A stretch of 64,000 nucleotides of DNA, from contig JAICLE010000003.1 of the NCBI GenBank assembly GCA_025927545.1, positions 20,923-84,922 on the forward strand, read 5' to 3'. The DNA is from Gemmatimonadales bacterium. Its GTDB lineage: Bacteria > Gemmatimonadota > Gemmatimonadetes > Gemmatimonadales > GWC2-71-9. The translations under genes were made by a program, and so were the position numbers. The notes beneath the pieces were generated by a model that worked only from the letters and a program-made list of their open reading frames with translations, ran no database searches and was not told the DNA's origin. Of the stretch, positions 1 through 8,306 are shown piece by piece. Within the stretch, counting starts at the first letter, position 1; the number at the start of each line of letters is the position of its first letter.

Positions 1-195
1 GCCGCGCCACCAGTCCGGCAGCTCGGCGGTCTTGAGGGTCTTCCGCGTCCGGGGATCACGGCGGCGCGGAGGAGGCGAGGACCCGTAGCTTTGCGGCCCC
101 GGCTTTCGCCGGGTGTGCTGTGGGCGAACGGTGAGGCGCGCCCACTCTATGGGCCCGTGCGGACCTCGTCAAGCAGGCAGCTTCTGCCCCCTCCT

Positions 196-1098
196 CTAAA
201 TGCGCAGCGGGCGCGCTACCAGTATGCCTGTTGCCTGGCGAATTGCCGCGACATACTCGGGGAGCGTGGCCCGTGTGATCGCCACCAGCCCCCCCGACAA
301 CGGAGCGTGGAGCACACGGAGGATATCGCCGGCGTCACGATAGGCGAGCGCCGCATGAGTCACGTCCAGACCCGCAATGCCGGTCGCGAACGCGAGCACG
401 TCCCCGGTCTCGATCCGGTCCACCACCTGGGGAATCCGCTTGGTGGGCACCACCCGCCGCGGGTGGCGGTCGAGGCGGCGCTCCATCGCCTCGATCTCAC
501 GGAAGACGCCGTCGTCGGCCAGGGCGGGGTAGCGCTCGCGATGCGCCGTCATGAAGCGGAGCGGCCGCGAGTCCTCGGCGCCGCCCAGTGCCGCGCCGAC
601 GTTCCGGAGCAGGCCGCGCCGCTCGCCGTCGCTCATCCATTCACTGAAGTAGTGCAGCCGGGAGGCGTACCCGCGGCGCGTACCGCCGCGGTAGCGCATT
701 CGCTCGATCTCGCGCCCGAAGAGCTCCCACGACGGGCTTGCGCCCGCGTCCGCCACTCTCGCTACCGCCAGGCACGACTCCACCAGCGTGGCGCAGTCGA
801 ACCGGGTGAGCGAGAGCGTCAGCGGCTCGGTGCCGGACGGGCTGCCGCCGGCGCGGAGGTAGGCCTCGAGCGTGTACGGCTCGTACGGCGTGCCGACGGC
901 CAGCTCGCCGACCCGGGCGGCCTCGACACCAAGCGGCGCCCGGAGCCTCGCCGGGCCCATCCGGCGGAGCGCGGCAGCCCAGGCCGTGAGCCGAACCCGG
1001 TCGGGGTCGCGCGCCGGGAGCCGCACGGGCAGGAGCGCGGCGGCGGCCGTGGTGGCGGCCATCCGGAGCAGGTCTCGGCGGGAGAGGGGCAAATTCAC
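196..1098 (-). CDS. Secreted DUF1460-type (N-acetylmuramoyl-L-alanine amidase-like) protein with twin-arginine signal
   Basis: Track ORF 196..1263. Motif TRFDCATLVESCLAVARV is typical of DUF1460. A Tat-like SRRDLLRMAATTAAAALL sits near the N-terminus, so I place the start at the in-frame GTG (1096-1098) rather than ATG 1263. Start uncertain. Confidence 0.7.
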   Translation of the reverse strand: MNLPLSRRDLLRMAATTAAAALLPVRLPARDPDRVRLTAWAAALRRMGPARLRAPLGVEAARVGELAVGTPYEPYTLEAYLRAGGSPSGTEPLTLSLTRFDCATLVESCLAVARVADAGASPSWELFGREIERMRYRGGTRRGYASRLHYFSEWMSDGERRGLLRNVGAALGGAEDSRPLRFMTAHRERYPALADDGVFREIEAMERRLDRHPRRVVPTKRIPQVVDRIETGDVLAFATGIAGLDVTHAALAYRDAGDILRVLHAPLSGGLVAITRATLPEYVAAIRQATGILVARPLRI

Positions 1099-1207
1099 GG
1101 TGGTTGTAGGATAAAACAGATCCGATGCGGAGCCAGGCCCGTATACCGTCTGTCCCCCCGCGGGGGTGACCTGGGTACCCCATTGTCCGGATCTGGAGGA
1201 GCTCACC

Positions 1208-1927
1208 ATGCAACGCCACCATCTGCTCGCGCTCGGCACCGCGCTTACCCTCGGTTCGCTCACCGGCTGTTCCGATCCGGAGGGGACGGCGCCCGATGCG
1301 CCGGCCGCTCTCGCGGCGGGACACGACGCCGGGGCTCACGCTCTCCCCGAGGGCGCGCTCTTCGTGGCGGAGCTTCACCCGCTGAACCCGCGCGTCCAGC
1401 AGACACTCGATCCCGACCCGCGCACACCCCATGGCGTGGCGGGAGGGAAAGCGTATTTCCGGGTGGTGAACGGCATGCTCGACGCGGTAGTGGACGTCCG
1501 CGGCGCCGAGCCGGCCGATGCCGCGTTTCCCGACGGACTGCACCCGCAGCACATTCACGCCGCGGCCAGTTGTCCCACGATGTCGGCGGACGTCAACGGC
1601 GACGGCATCGTGGACGTGATCGAGGGCCTCCCCTTCTATGGGCCGATCATGATCCCGCTCGACGCTGACCTGGCCGATACCAGCTCGCAGATCCCCACGT
1701 TCCCGCTCGCCTCGGGCGTTCGGGGCAGCTATCGCTATGCCGCGAGCGCATCGATTGCGGCGCTCGAAGCCGCCCTGCACCACGCGCTCGATCTGCCGAC
1801 GAGGCACGTCGTCATCCACGGCGTGGACCTGAACACGCCGCTTCCGGCGAGCGTCCAATCGCTGCCCGGCGTGCCGGCGCAACTCACCCTTCCGATTGCG
1901 TGCGGCGAGCTGCGCCGGATTCGCTGA
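1208..1927 (+). CDS. Hypothetical lipoprotein (function unknown)
   Basis: Track ORF 1166..1927. The internal start MQRHHLLALGTALTLGSLTGC gives a lipobox (LTGC). GC3-rich coding frame. Contains LHPQHIHAA and DVNGDGIVD motifs, but I recognise no family confidently. Confidence 0.6.
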   Translation: MQRHHLLALGTALTLGSLTGCSDPEGTAPDAPAALAAGHDAGAHALPEGALFVAELHPLNPRVQQTLDPDPRTPHGVAGGKAYFRVVNGMLDAVVDVRGAEPADAAFPDGLHPQHIHAAASCPTMSADVNGDGIVDVIEGLPFYGPIMIPLDADLADTSSQIPTFPLASGVRGSYRYAASASIAALEAALHHALDLPTRHVVIHGVDLNTPLPASVQSLPGVPAQLTLPIACGELRRIR

Positions 1928-2216
1928 GCCGCCACGGACGCACCGCTACAAATCGCCAGAGCTCTTGCACCGCTCAGCGTGAGATGTTCGGACGGGCCGT
2001 CCGTGTGAGTGCAACGAGCTGCACCGTGGACCCCCGGCTGGCGGCGATCTCGTCGCCAGAGCGGGGGTTAGCGCGGATTTGCCCGGGCTTCCACGCCCAC
2101 GACTCCGGCCGGCCAGTCGGGCCTGGGTCTTGCTTTCTCCGGTCCGCCGGCCGGAACGTCTCGCCCGGCTCCCCCCTCGATTCGCCCGCAGTTCACTCCA
2201 GTACCCTCGCTCGTGA

Positions 2217-3965
2217 GTGGCCGCCATGACGTTTACGTTCAAGCTGTCCCGCAGGATCGCTCGCCTTCGAGCGCCCGTGTTCGCCGCCTGCCTCTTCACC
2301 CTCGTCAGTTGTAACGGCACCGACTCCCTCGAGCCCGACAACAGCGCCCCGGCCACGGCCGGAGACCAGGTTCAGCCCGCGTTCGCCTCGACCGGGTTCG
2401 CCGGCGGCATCCCGTTCGGGACGTCCGCTCTGCCCACCAGTGAGTTCGGCGATCGGTACAACGGCGCCATGCGCAACATCTGGCCCGAGTACCTCGTCCA
2501 GGAGCTCGCGGCGATCCGGGAGCGCGGCGGCCGGGTGGTGCTCATGTTCGCCGGCAAGGAAGACAACTACAAGGACGCGGAGGGCCACTTCAGCCTGACC
2601 AAGTGGAAGCAGCGGGTGGACCGGTTCCGCGGCGTAAATTTCTCCGCGTATGTCCAGGACGGCACGATCATCGGCCACTACCTGATCGACGAGCCGAACG
2701 ATCCGGCCAACTGGAACGGCGAGCCGATCTCGCCGTCCACCGTCGAGGAGATGGCGCAGTACAGCAAGCAGCTCTGGCCCGGCATGACGACGATCGTCCG
2801 CGCCGAGCCCGGGTACTTCGGGGACAGCCATCCGTACCTGGACGCCGCGTGGGCCCAGTACGTCAACCGGAAAGGCGACGCCGGCGACTACATCCGCCGC
2901 AACGTCGCCGACGCGCAGAGCCGGGGTCTCGGACTCATCGTCGGGCTTAACCTGATCCTGGGGGGAGTCAACGGATCGGCGATGACCGCGAGCCAGGTCG
3001 AGGCGTGGGGCTCGGCGCTGCTGGGCAGCTCGTATCCGTGCGCGTTCATCAGTTGGCAGTATGACGCCGGCTACCTGGCCTCCAGCAGCGTGAAGAGCGC
3101 GATGGATGCCCTGCGTGCGCAGGCAGAGAACCGGGCCACCCGGACCTGCGGCAGCGCGGGCTCGCCTCCGCCGCCGCCACCGCCGCCCCCATCGACATCG
3201 GCGTCCGCCTTGCCGTTCGGGCTCTCCTTCGCACCTGCTACTGAGTACTCGACGCGCTGGACGGGGACGCTTTACCGGGCCCGGCCTGCCGACGTCGTGG
3301 CACGGCTCGACCGCGCGGAGAGCGCTGGAATGCGGATCGTGGTGCAGTTGGCGGCCCGGGGACAGTCGAAGAATGCCGATGGCACCTTCAGCCTGACCCG
3401 GTGGAAGGCCGCGGTGGACCGGTATCGGAGCCTGCCGCTCGACCGCTACGTCTCCAATGGGACGTTCTACCTGCACCACCTGGTGGATCTGCCCGACTGT
3501 GCCTCCTGCTGGGGCGGCCAGGCCATCCCGTGGGAGACGCTGGAAGCCATGGCGCGCTACAGCAAGTCGATCTGGCCGTCGCTCCCGACCGTGGCCCGCG
3601 TGTCCCCCACCGCGCTGGCGTCGGCCGGCTTCCGCTGGACCTACCTTGACGCTGGGTGGGCCCAGTACACCACCCGGCAGGGTGACTTGCGCACCTACGT
3701 GGCCAACGAGGCCGCCCGGGCCAAGCTCGAGGGGCTGGGGCTGGTCGTCGGCCTCAATCTGCTCGAGGGAGCCAGCTCGGGAGCGATGACGGCGAGCCAG
3801 ATCAAGCAGTTCGGCACCATCCTGGCCCAGGAGCCGTCGGCCTGTGCCCTCGTGGGCTGGAGCTACGACGCCGGCTACCTGGGGCAGAGCGGAATTCGCG
3901 AGGCCCTGGATTCGGTGGCGACGGTGGCCCGGCGCCGGAATGCGGCCTCCTGTGTCGTGACCTGA
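2217..3965 (+). CDS. Lipoprotein with internally duplicated TIM-barrel/glycoside-hydrolase-like domain joined by a poly-Pro linker
   Basis: Track ORF 582 aa. Lipobox LFTLVSC (ATG 2226 is an alternative start). The two ~250-aa halves align (FSLTKWKQRVDRFR / FSLTRWKAAVDRYR; LDAAWAQY / LDAGWAQY; GLGLIVGLNL / GLGLVVGLNL; AMTASQ in both) and are separated by PPPPPPPPPSTS. Confidence 0.8.
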   Translation: MAAMTFTFKLSRRIARLRAPVFAACLFTLVSCNGTDSLEPDNSAPATAGDQVQPAFASTGFAGGIPFGTSALPTSEFGDRYNGAMRNIWPEYLVQELAAIRERGGRVVLMFAGKEDNYKDAEGHFSLTKWKQRVDRFRGVNFSAYVQDGTIIGHYLIDEPNDPANWNGEPISPSTVEEMAQYSKQLWPGMTTIVRAEPGYFGDSHPYLDAAWAQYVNRKGDAGDYIRRNVADAQSRGLGLIVGLNLILGGVNGSAMTASQVEAWGSALLGSSYPCAFISWQYDAGYLASSSVKSAMDALRAQAENRATRTCGSAGSPPPPPPPPPSTSASALPFGLSFAPATEYSTRWTGTLYRARPADVVARLDRAESAGMRIVVQLAARGQSKNADGTFSLTRWKAAVDRYRSLPLDRYVSNGTFYLHHLVDLPDCASCWGGQAIPWETLEAMARYSKSIWPSLPTVARVSPTALASAGFRWTYLDAGWAQYTTRQGDLRTYVANEAARAKLEGLGLVVGLNLLEGASSGAMTASQIKQFGTILAQEPSACALVGWSYDAGYLGQSGIREALDSVATVARRRNAASCVVT

Positions 3966-3987
3966 CGCGACCAGGCCTCCGTGATTC

Positions 3988-4026
3988 GCGAGCCCCCGGG
4001 CGTGTGCCCGGGGGCTCGTTCGTCTT
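3988..4026 (+). terminator. Rho-independent terminator after 2217..3965
   Basis: Perfect 12-13 bp GC stem (3989/3990-4001 pairs with 4006-4017/4018), GTGT loop, followed by TTCGTCTT. Starts 23 nt after the stop codon. Confidence 0.7.
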
Positions 4027-4101
4027 AAAGGGCGACTGGGCTTAGATTTCAGCAGGCGGCCTTCGCCACGAACCGTCGCCCGTCTCGAGCCGGGAGTTTC
4101 A

Positions 4102-4356
4102 GTGAGCAGCTATAAAGTCGAGCAGTGTCGCGTTACCTGGGGTGGCCGCACCTTTCATTTCGTCTCCTATGACCGCCAGCCCGCCAACGAGCGCCGGGGC
4201 GATCCCGAGGTGCCGGCGATGTGGTACCTCATGGGCCCGGGCAAGCGTTGGCCGGTGATGCCCCAGGTGGCGGGCCAGGGCGACGAGGAGATCGAGCGCG
4301 AGCTGACCGCGTGGCTCAAGACCCAGGGGCTGGTCCGGATGGCCCGGGCACGCTGA
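4102..4356 (+). CDS. Small hypothetical protein (84 aa)
   Basis: Track ORF with GTG start. GC3-rich frame and non-repetitive sequence (MSSYKVEQCRVTWGGRTFHFVSYD...). No recognisable family. Confidence 0.5.
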   Translation: MSSYKVEQCRVTWGGRTFHFVSYDRQPANERRGDPEVPAMWYLMGPGKRWPVMPQVAGQGDEEIERELTAWLKTQGLVRMARAR

Positions 4357-4457
4357 CCTGCACAATGCCGCGGCGGTCCGGCTAGGTTGCGGCATCTCCC
4401 GAGCCCCCGGCCGGCATCCCGCCCGCCGAATCGTCCCTCCCCCCGGAGCGCCCCGCC

Positions 4458-4634
4458 TTGCCCAAGCGCAACTATGGATACGAAAAGCGTCAGAAGGAGC
4501 TCACGAAGCAGCATAAGCGCGAGGAGAAGCGCCAGCGGAAGCTCGAGCGCTCCGCTCCCCCGGCCGGCGATTCCCGGCCGGACGAGCCGGGGATAGTAAC
4601 CCAGGACACGTCGGAGGGGCCGGCACCCTCGTAA
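4458..4634 (+). CDS. Small Lys/Arg/Glu-rich protein (58 aa), missing from the ORF track because it is under 60 aa
   Basis: Hand translation from TTG 4458: LPKRNYGYEKRQKELTKQHKREEKRQRKLERSAPPAGDSRPDEPGIVTQDTSEGPAPS, stop TAA 4632-4634. About 24 of the first 30 codons end in G/C, a better coding signature than the overlapping track ORF 4387..4596. TTG is the only ATG/GTG/TTG start after the in-frame stop at 4383-4385. Confidence 0.45.
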   Translation: MPKRNYGYEKRQKELTKQHKREEKRQRKLERSAPPAGDSRPDEPGIVTQDTSEGPAPS

Positions 4635-4698
4635 ATTCTGCAGGTCGAGTCGGCGCGAGCCGCTGCCGCGAACCCTCCCTGCCTCGGATGGGCCAGCC

Positions 4699-6294
4699 AT
4701 GCAGTTCTGTCCCACGCCCGCTGCACCCATCATCGCCCGCGCCGTCCTCTTCGGCGCCTTCGCACTGCTCTGGCAGGGGTGCGGCGGCGAGGACCTCACC
4801 GCGCCCAGCACCGGCGATATCGCGGTCACGGTCGCGACCACCGGTGACCAGCAGGACCCCGACGGCTATACGCTCAGTCTCGATGGCCTGCAGGGAGTCG
4901 CCATCGACGACAACGCCACCCGCACGCTGACGGTCCAGGAAGGGAACCACACCGTCGAGCTCGCCGGCCTCGCCGCCAACTGCGCCTTGCAGCAGGAGGC
5001 CGTGCAGTCGGTGCAGGTCCCGGCGGGCGGGAGTGTGGCGGTCACGTTTACCGTCGTGTGCAGCACCACGGCGGGCGGAATCACGATCGTCACAACGACG
5101 GCAGGGGACATTTTGGACCCGAACGGCTACGCCGTCGCGGTGGACCAGGGGGCGGCCCAGCCGATCGGCGACAACGCTTCCGTCACCGTGGGCGGGCTCG
5201 CCGCGGGAAACCACACCGTGGTGCTGTCGGACGTGGATGCGCACTGCAGCGTGGCTGGCGACAATCCGCGGACCATTCCCGTATCCGCCGGCGACGTCGC
5301 AGTGGTGACGTTCGCCGTCGCCTGTACGGGCAGCGTGGAGCAATGGACGCCGGTGACGAGCGGGACCACGGCCGACCTGGTGGACGTCTGGGGGGCCTCG
5401 TCCACCGACGTCTTCGCGCTCGGCGAGCTCGACACGCCGCGCCGGCTCGCCTCGGTGATCCTGCATTTCGACGGGACCGGCTGGGTGCGGCAGCTCGACC
5501 AGGCCGACCTGGAGCTGCAGTCGGTGTGGGGAAGCTCGCCGTCCGACGTGTATGCGGTGGGGTTCGATTCCTTCCGGCCGATCGCGAGGGTGCTGCACTT
5601 CGACGGCACGAGCTGGGTCGAGATTCCGGGCTTCGCCTCGATCGACGGCTCCGAGGCGTTCGCGCTCCAGTCGGTCTGGGGCAGCTCCGCTTCCGATGTC
5701 TTCGCCGTGGGCGGGGCCGTCTCCGGCGGGTTCGACCTGTCGCTGATCTTCCACTTCGATGGGTCGAGCTGGCAGCGGATGCCCGTCACCGGCGATGTGC
5801 TGCCGAGCCTGAGCGACGTCTGGGGAAGCTCCGCCACCGATGTATGGGCGGTAGGTCGCGACGAGACGGTGGACCCGTCGGACGGCGTGGTGCTGCGCTA
5901 CGACGGCGCCGCGTGGCGGCCGGTGCTGCAGCACGAGGGGCTGGTGCCGAACGGGGTGTGGGCGAGCTCGGCCACGGACGTCTTCGTGGCCGGGTTCCAG
6001 GTGGACGAGTCGGATAGCGGCGAGTTCACGGTCGCAGGGTCGGTGTGGCACTACGACGGCGCCACCTGGACCTCCATGCCGCTACCGAGCGCGTCGGTCC
6101 TGAACGAGATCTGGGGCTCGTCGGCCACGGACGTGTTCGCGGTGGGCGAGGACGGCGTCGTGCTCCATTACGACGGCACCGCCTGGACGCTCGCGACGCC
6201 CACGCGAGGCGGGCTGCTGGGTGTGTGGGGGAGCTCGCCGGGCGACGTGTACGCGGTCGGGACAGCCGGGACGATCCTGCACGGGACCCCGTGA
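4699..6294 (+). CDS. Lipoprotein: two Ig-like 'DPDGY' modules plus a 7-bladed beta-propeller
   Basis: Lipobox LLWQGC. Two ~85-aa modules each end in F(T/A)V(V/A)C. They are followed by seven repeats of the type VWG(A/S)SxxDV(F/Y)A(L/V)G. Confidence 0.85.
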   Translation: MQFCPTPAAPIIARAVLFGAFALLWQGCGGEDLTAPSTGDIAVTVATTGDQQDPDGYTLSLDGLQGVAIDDNATRTLTVQEGNHTVELAGLAANCALQQEAVQSVQVPAGGSVAVTFTVVCSTTAGGITIVTTTAGDILDPNGYAVAVDQGAAQPIGDNASVTVGGLAAGNHTVVLSDVDAHCSVAGDNPRTIPVSAGDVAVVTFAVACTGSVEQWTPVTSGTTADLVDVWGASSTDVFALGELDTPRRLASVILHFDGTGWVRQLDQADLELQSVWGSSPSDVYAVGFDSFRPIARVLHFDGTSWVEIPGFASIDGSEAFALQSVWGSSASDVFAVGGAVSGGFDLSLIFHFDGSSWQRMPVTGDVLPSLSDVWGSSATDVWAVGRDETVDPSDGVVLRYDGAAWRPVLQHEGLVPNGVWASSATDVFVAGFQVDESDSGEFTVAGSVWHYDGATWTSMPLPSASVLNEIWGSSATDVFAVGEDGVVLHYDGTAWTLATPTRGGLLGVWGSSPGDVYAVGTAGTILHGTP

Positions 6295-6306
6295 CCGCCC
6301 GGGCGA

Positions 6307-7407
6307 CTATGGCTCGACGACGACCTGCGCGGTCATGAACGGATGCGGGCTGCAGTGGTACGCGTAGCTGCCCGGCTGCGCGAACACCCGCTCGTAGCTT
6401 TGCCCCGGCTCGATCAGGCCGGAGTCGAACGACCCGTCATCCGCCGTCACGGAGTGCTGCAACTGGTCCTGATTGACCCACCGTACGCGGCTCCCGACGT
6501 GCACGTGGAGCTCCTTCGTGGTGAACGACAGGTTCGCGATCCGTACCATCGCGGCCCCAGCCGCGGCCGCGCCGCCGGCCGCGGGAGCGGGCGCCGCCGG
6601 CGCCTGAGCCGCGGGTGGCGCGGCCGCCGGCGGCTTGCCCCGGCGGCCGAAGTAGCGCGACAGGGTGATCGGGATGGTGAACTCGAACCCCGCCATGTGC
6701 GCGCCCCGAACCCCGCGCGACGCCCCTTCGATCGAGCCGCTCTGCGTGTTGGTGAGCTGGATCGAGAAGCTGTGCGGGCTGTAGGGGATCCGGAGCTGCA
6801 CCCCGGCGCCCCACGCCGCGGGTGAGGAGCCCGGAGCGTTGACCAGGCCGAAGACATCGCCCGCCAGGCTGAGCCAGTTGGTCAGTCGCACCACCGCCCC
6901 GCCGCCGGCGCCCCACATCGACCGCTGGACGTCGTATCCCGACGAGATCCCGCGCACCGTGCCGAGCAGGTGTACGGGGCCGACCTGGCGACCGAGGCCC
7001 ACTTCGCCGTCCACGCTCTGCGGAGCGAAGTTGTACCCGCCGGTCACGGTCACGTCGAGCGGGTTCCCCCGCGCCTGACGCAGCAGCGGACGCCGAAGCG
7101 CGAGCTGGTACTCGTTGGGGATCCCGGTAAAGACGCTCGAGTTGGTGGCGTAATCGAGCTGGAGGTTGAAGGCCAGCGGCAGCCCGGTGGCGAGATGGAA
7201 GTTGGGAAAGCTGGTGACCTTCCGGGGCGGTGGCGGGCTCACCTCGAAACGGTGCAGGAAGTTGAACTGGATGACGCCGGGGGGCACGGTCCAGCCGTCG
7301 TCGACGTTCGGCGTGCGGTTGACCACCGCCTGCGCGGCGAGACCCGGCGCAGCGATGACGAATAGCAGCGCCGCGAGCGACGGCCGGCGCACTCCCCACT
7401 TCCGCAT
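6307..7407 (-). CDS. Signal peptide + beta-rich (outer-membrane-barrel-like) domain + Ala/Pro linker + amicyanin-like cupredoxin
   Basis: Signal MRKWGVRRPSLAALLFVIAAPGLAAQA. Linker PPAAAPPAAQAPAAPAPAAGGAAAAGAA. The C-terminus QHSVTADDG...YAYHCSPHPFMTAQVVV carries His/Cys/His/Met type-1 Cu ligands. Confidence 0.8.
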   Translation of the reverse strand: MRKWGVRRPSLAALLFVIAAPGLAAQAVVNRTPNVDDGWTVPPGVIQFNFLHRFEVSPPPPRKVTSFPNFHLATGLPLAFNLQLDYATNSSVFTGIPNEYQLALRRPLLRQARGNPLDVTVTGGYNFAPQSVDGEVGLGRQVGPVHLLGTVRGISSGYDVQRSMWGAGGGAVVRLTNWLSLAGDVFGLVNAPGSSPAAWGAGVQLRIPYSPHSFSIQLTNTQSGSIEGASRGVRGAHMAGFEFTIPITLSRYFGRRGKPPAAAPPAAQAPAAPAPAAGGAAAAGAAMVRIANLSFTTKELHVHVGSRVRWVNQDQLQHSVTADDGSFDSGLIEPGQSYERVFAQPGSYAYHCSPHPFMTAQVVVEP

Positions 7408-7419
7408 GACGTCTCCCGG

Positions 7420-7776
7420 CTACGGCGTGACGGTGAGCGTGGCCTTCATGAACGGGTGAATCCGGCAGAAGTAGGTGTACGTGCCCGGCGCGCCCGCGGT
7501 GAACTGGAAGGTACCTCCCTTGGCGAGCGCGCCCGAGTCGAACGTCGTCCCGTCTTCGGCCGACACGGTATGGGATACGTCATCCTGATTGGTCCAGGTG
7601 ACGGATGCGCCGCTGGCGACGCTCAGGTTCGGCGGAACGTAGGCGAAGTTCTGGATGGCGACGGTCGAGCCGCCGCCGGGCGGAGGCTCGGGCCCGGTGG
7701 CGGGACGCTCGCTGACGCACGCGGCCAGGCCGCCCAGGAGGAGGGCCAGGCTCGCGGTCCGGCGGGTAAGACGCAC
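7420..7776 (-). CDS. Cupredoxin lipoprotein (amicyanin/plastocyanin-like)
   Basis: Lipobox LGGLAAC. SHTVSAEDG...YTYFCRIHPFMKATLTV gives the C-x2-H-x2-M copper loop. Confidence 0.88.
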   Translation of the reverse strand: MRLTRRTASLALLLGGLAACVSERPATGPEPPPGGGSTVAIQNFAYVPPNLSVASGASVTWTNQDDVSHTVSAEDGTTFDSGALAKGGTFQFTAGAPGTYTYFCRIHPFMKATLTVTP

Positions 7777-7787
7777 CGTGCTCGAGG

Positions 7788-8192
7788 CTATTGCACCACG
7801 AGCGTGCCGCTCATGGCGGCGCCGTGCACGGCGCAGTCATACTGGTACGTACCCGGCGTGGTGAAGATCTGGGTGTAGGTCTGCCCCTCGCCGGTGAGGG
7901 TGGCGCTGCTGGTGAAACCGGGCGAGCCCTGCGATTGCACGCTGTGGGGCGTGCTCCCGGTGCCGGTCCAGGTCCAGGTGACCGTGGTACCGGCGGCCAC
8001 CGTGTCCACGGCCGGATTCCGGGTGCCGTTGTGCCCGCTCTGGAAGAAGATGTTGCCGACGGTGATGGCACCGGCAGCGGCACCACCGCCGCCGGGGGTG
8101 CCACCGTCGGTGGGGGACGTACTGTTATCGGAGCAGCCGATGGCCACCGCTGCGGCGGCCGCCAGCATCAGGGTACGCGTGGGTCGCATCAT
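7788..8192 (-). CDS. Cupredoxin lipoprotein (variant copper loop)
   Basis: Real start is MMRPTRTLMLAAAAAVAIGC (ATG at 8190-8192, preceded by GAGGAGGGC). TPHSVQS...YQYDCAVHGAAMSGTLVV gives C-x2-H-x3-M. The longer track ORF to 8711 is an upstream extension. Confidence 0.85.
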   Translation of the reverse strand: MMRPTRTLMLAAAAAVAIGCSDNSTSPTDGGTPGGGGAAAGAITVGNIFFQSGHNGTRNPAVDTVAAGTTVTWTWTGTGSTPHSVQSQGSPGFTSSATLTGEGQTYTQIFTTPGTYQYDCAVHGAAMSGTLVVQ

Positions 8193-8221
8193 GCCCTCCT
8201 CGGTTCTTGCGCCGACGCTGA

Positions 8222-8290
8222 GCATATCTGTTATCACAGGTCCCGTCAAGACGCCCGCCCATCTGGGCTCTTGGTCGAGTGGCGATATGC
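8222..8290. promoter_or_regulatory. Candidate operator elements in the MarR/cupredoxin divergent region
   Basis: GCATATC (8222-8228) and its reverse complement GATATGC (8284-8290). Near-palindrome CTGTTATCACAG (8228-8239, 10/12 symmetric). Confidence 0.3.
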
Positions 8291-8306
8291 TTGTACCTTG
8301 CCCGCC

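Noticed and set aside
1-195. Possible 5' end of a minus-strand gene running off the left edge (frame reads ...PPPRRRDPRTRKTLKTAELPDWWRG) and a small CCCGGC-TTTC-GCCGGG hairpin at about 96-111
   Set aside because: No start codon is identifiable, the fragment is too short to judge, and the hairpin has no U-tract.
91-1882. Track ORFs 91..1668 (+) and 641..1882 (-) of 525 and 413 aa
   Set aside because: Both are low-complexity Arg/Gly/Pro/Ala translations overlapping the DUF1460 and lipoprotein genes. Neither contains a motif.
4387-4596. 69-aa track ORF (MRHLPSPRPASRPPNRPSP...)
   Set aside because: It is Ser/Arg/Pro-rich with poor GC3. The alternative frame (4458..4634) has a more protein-like sequence and better codon bias.
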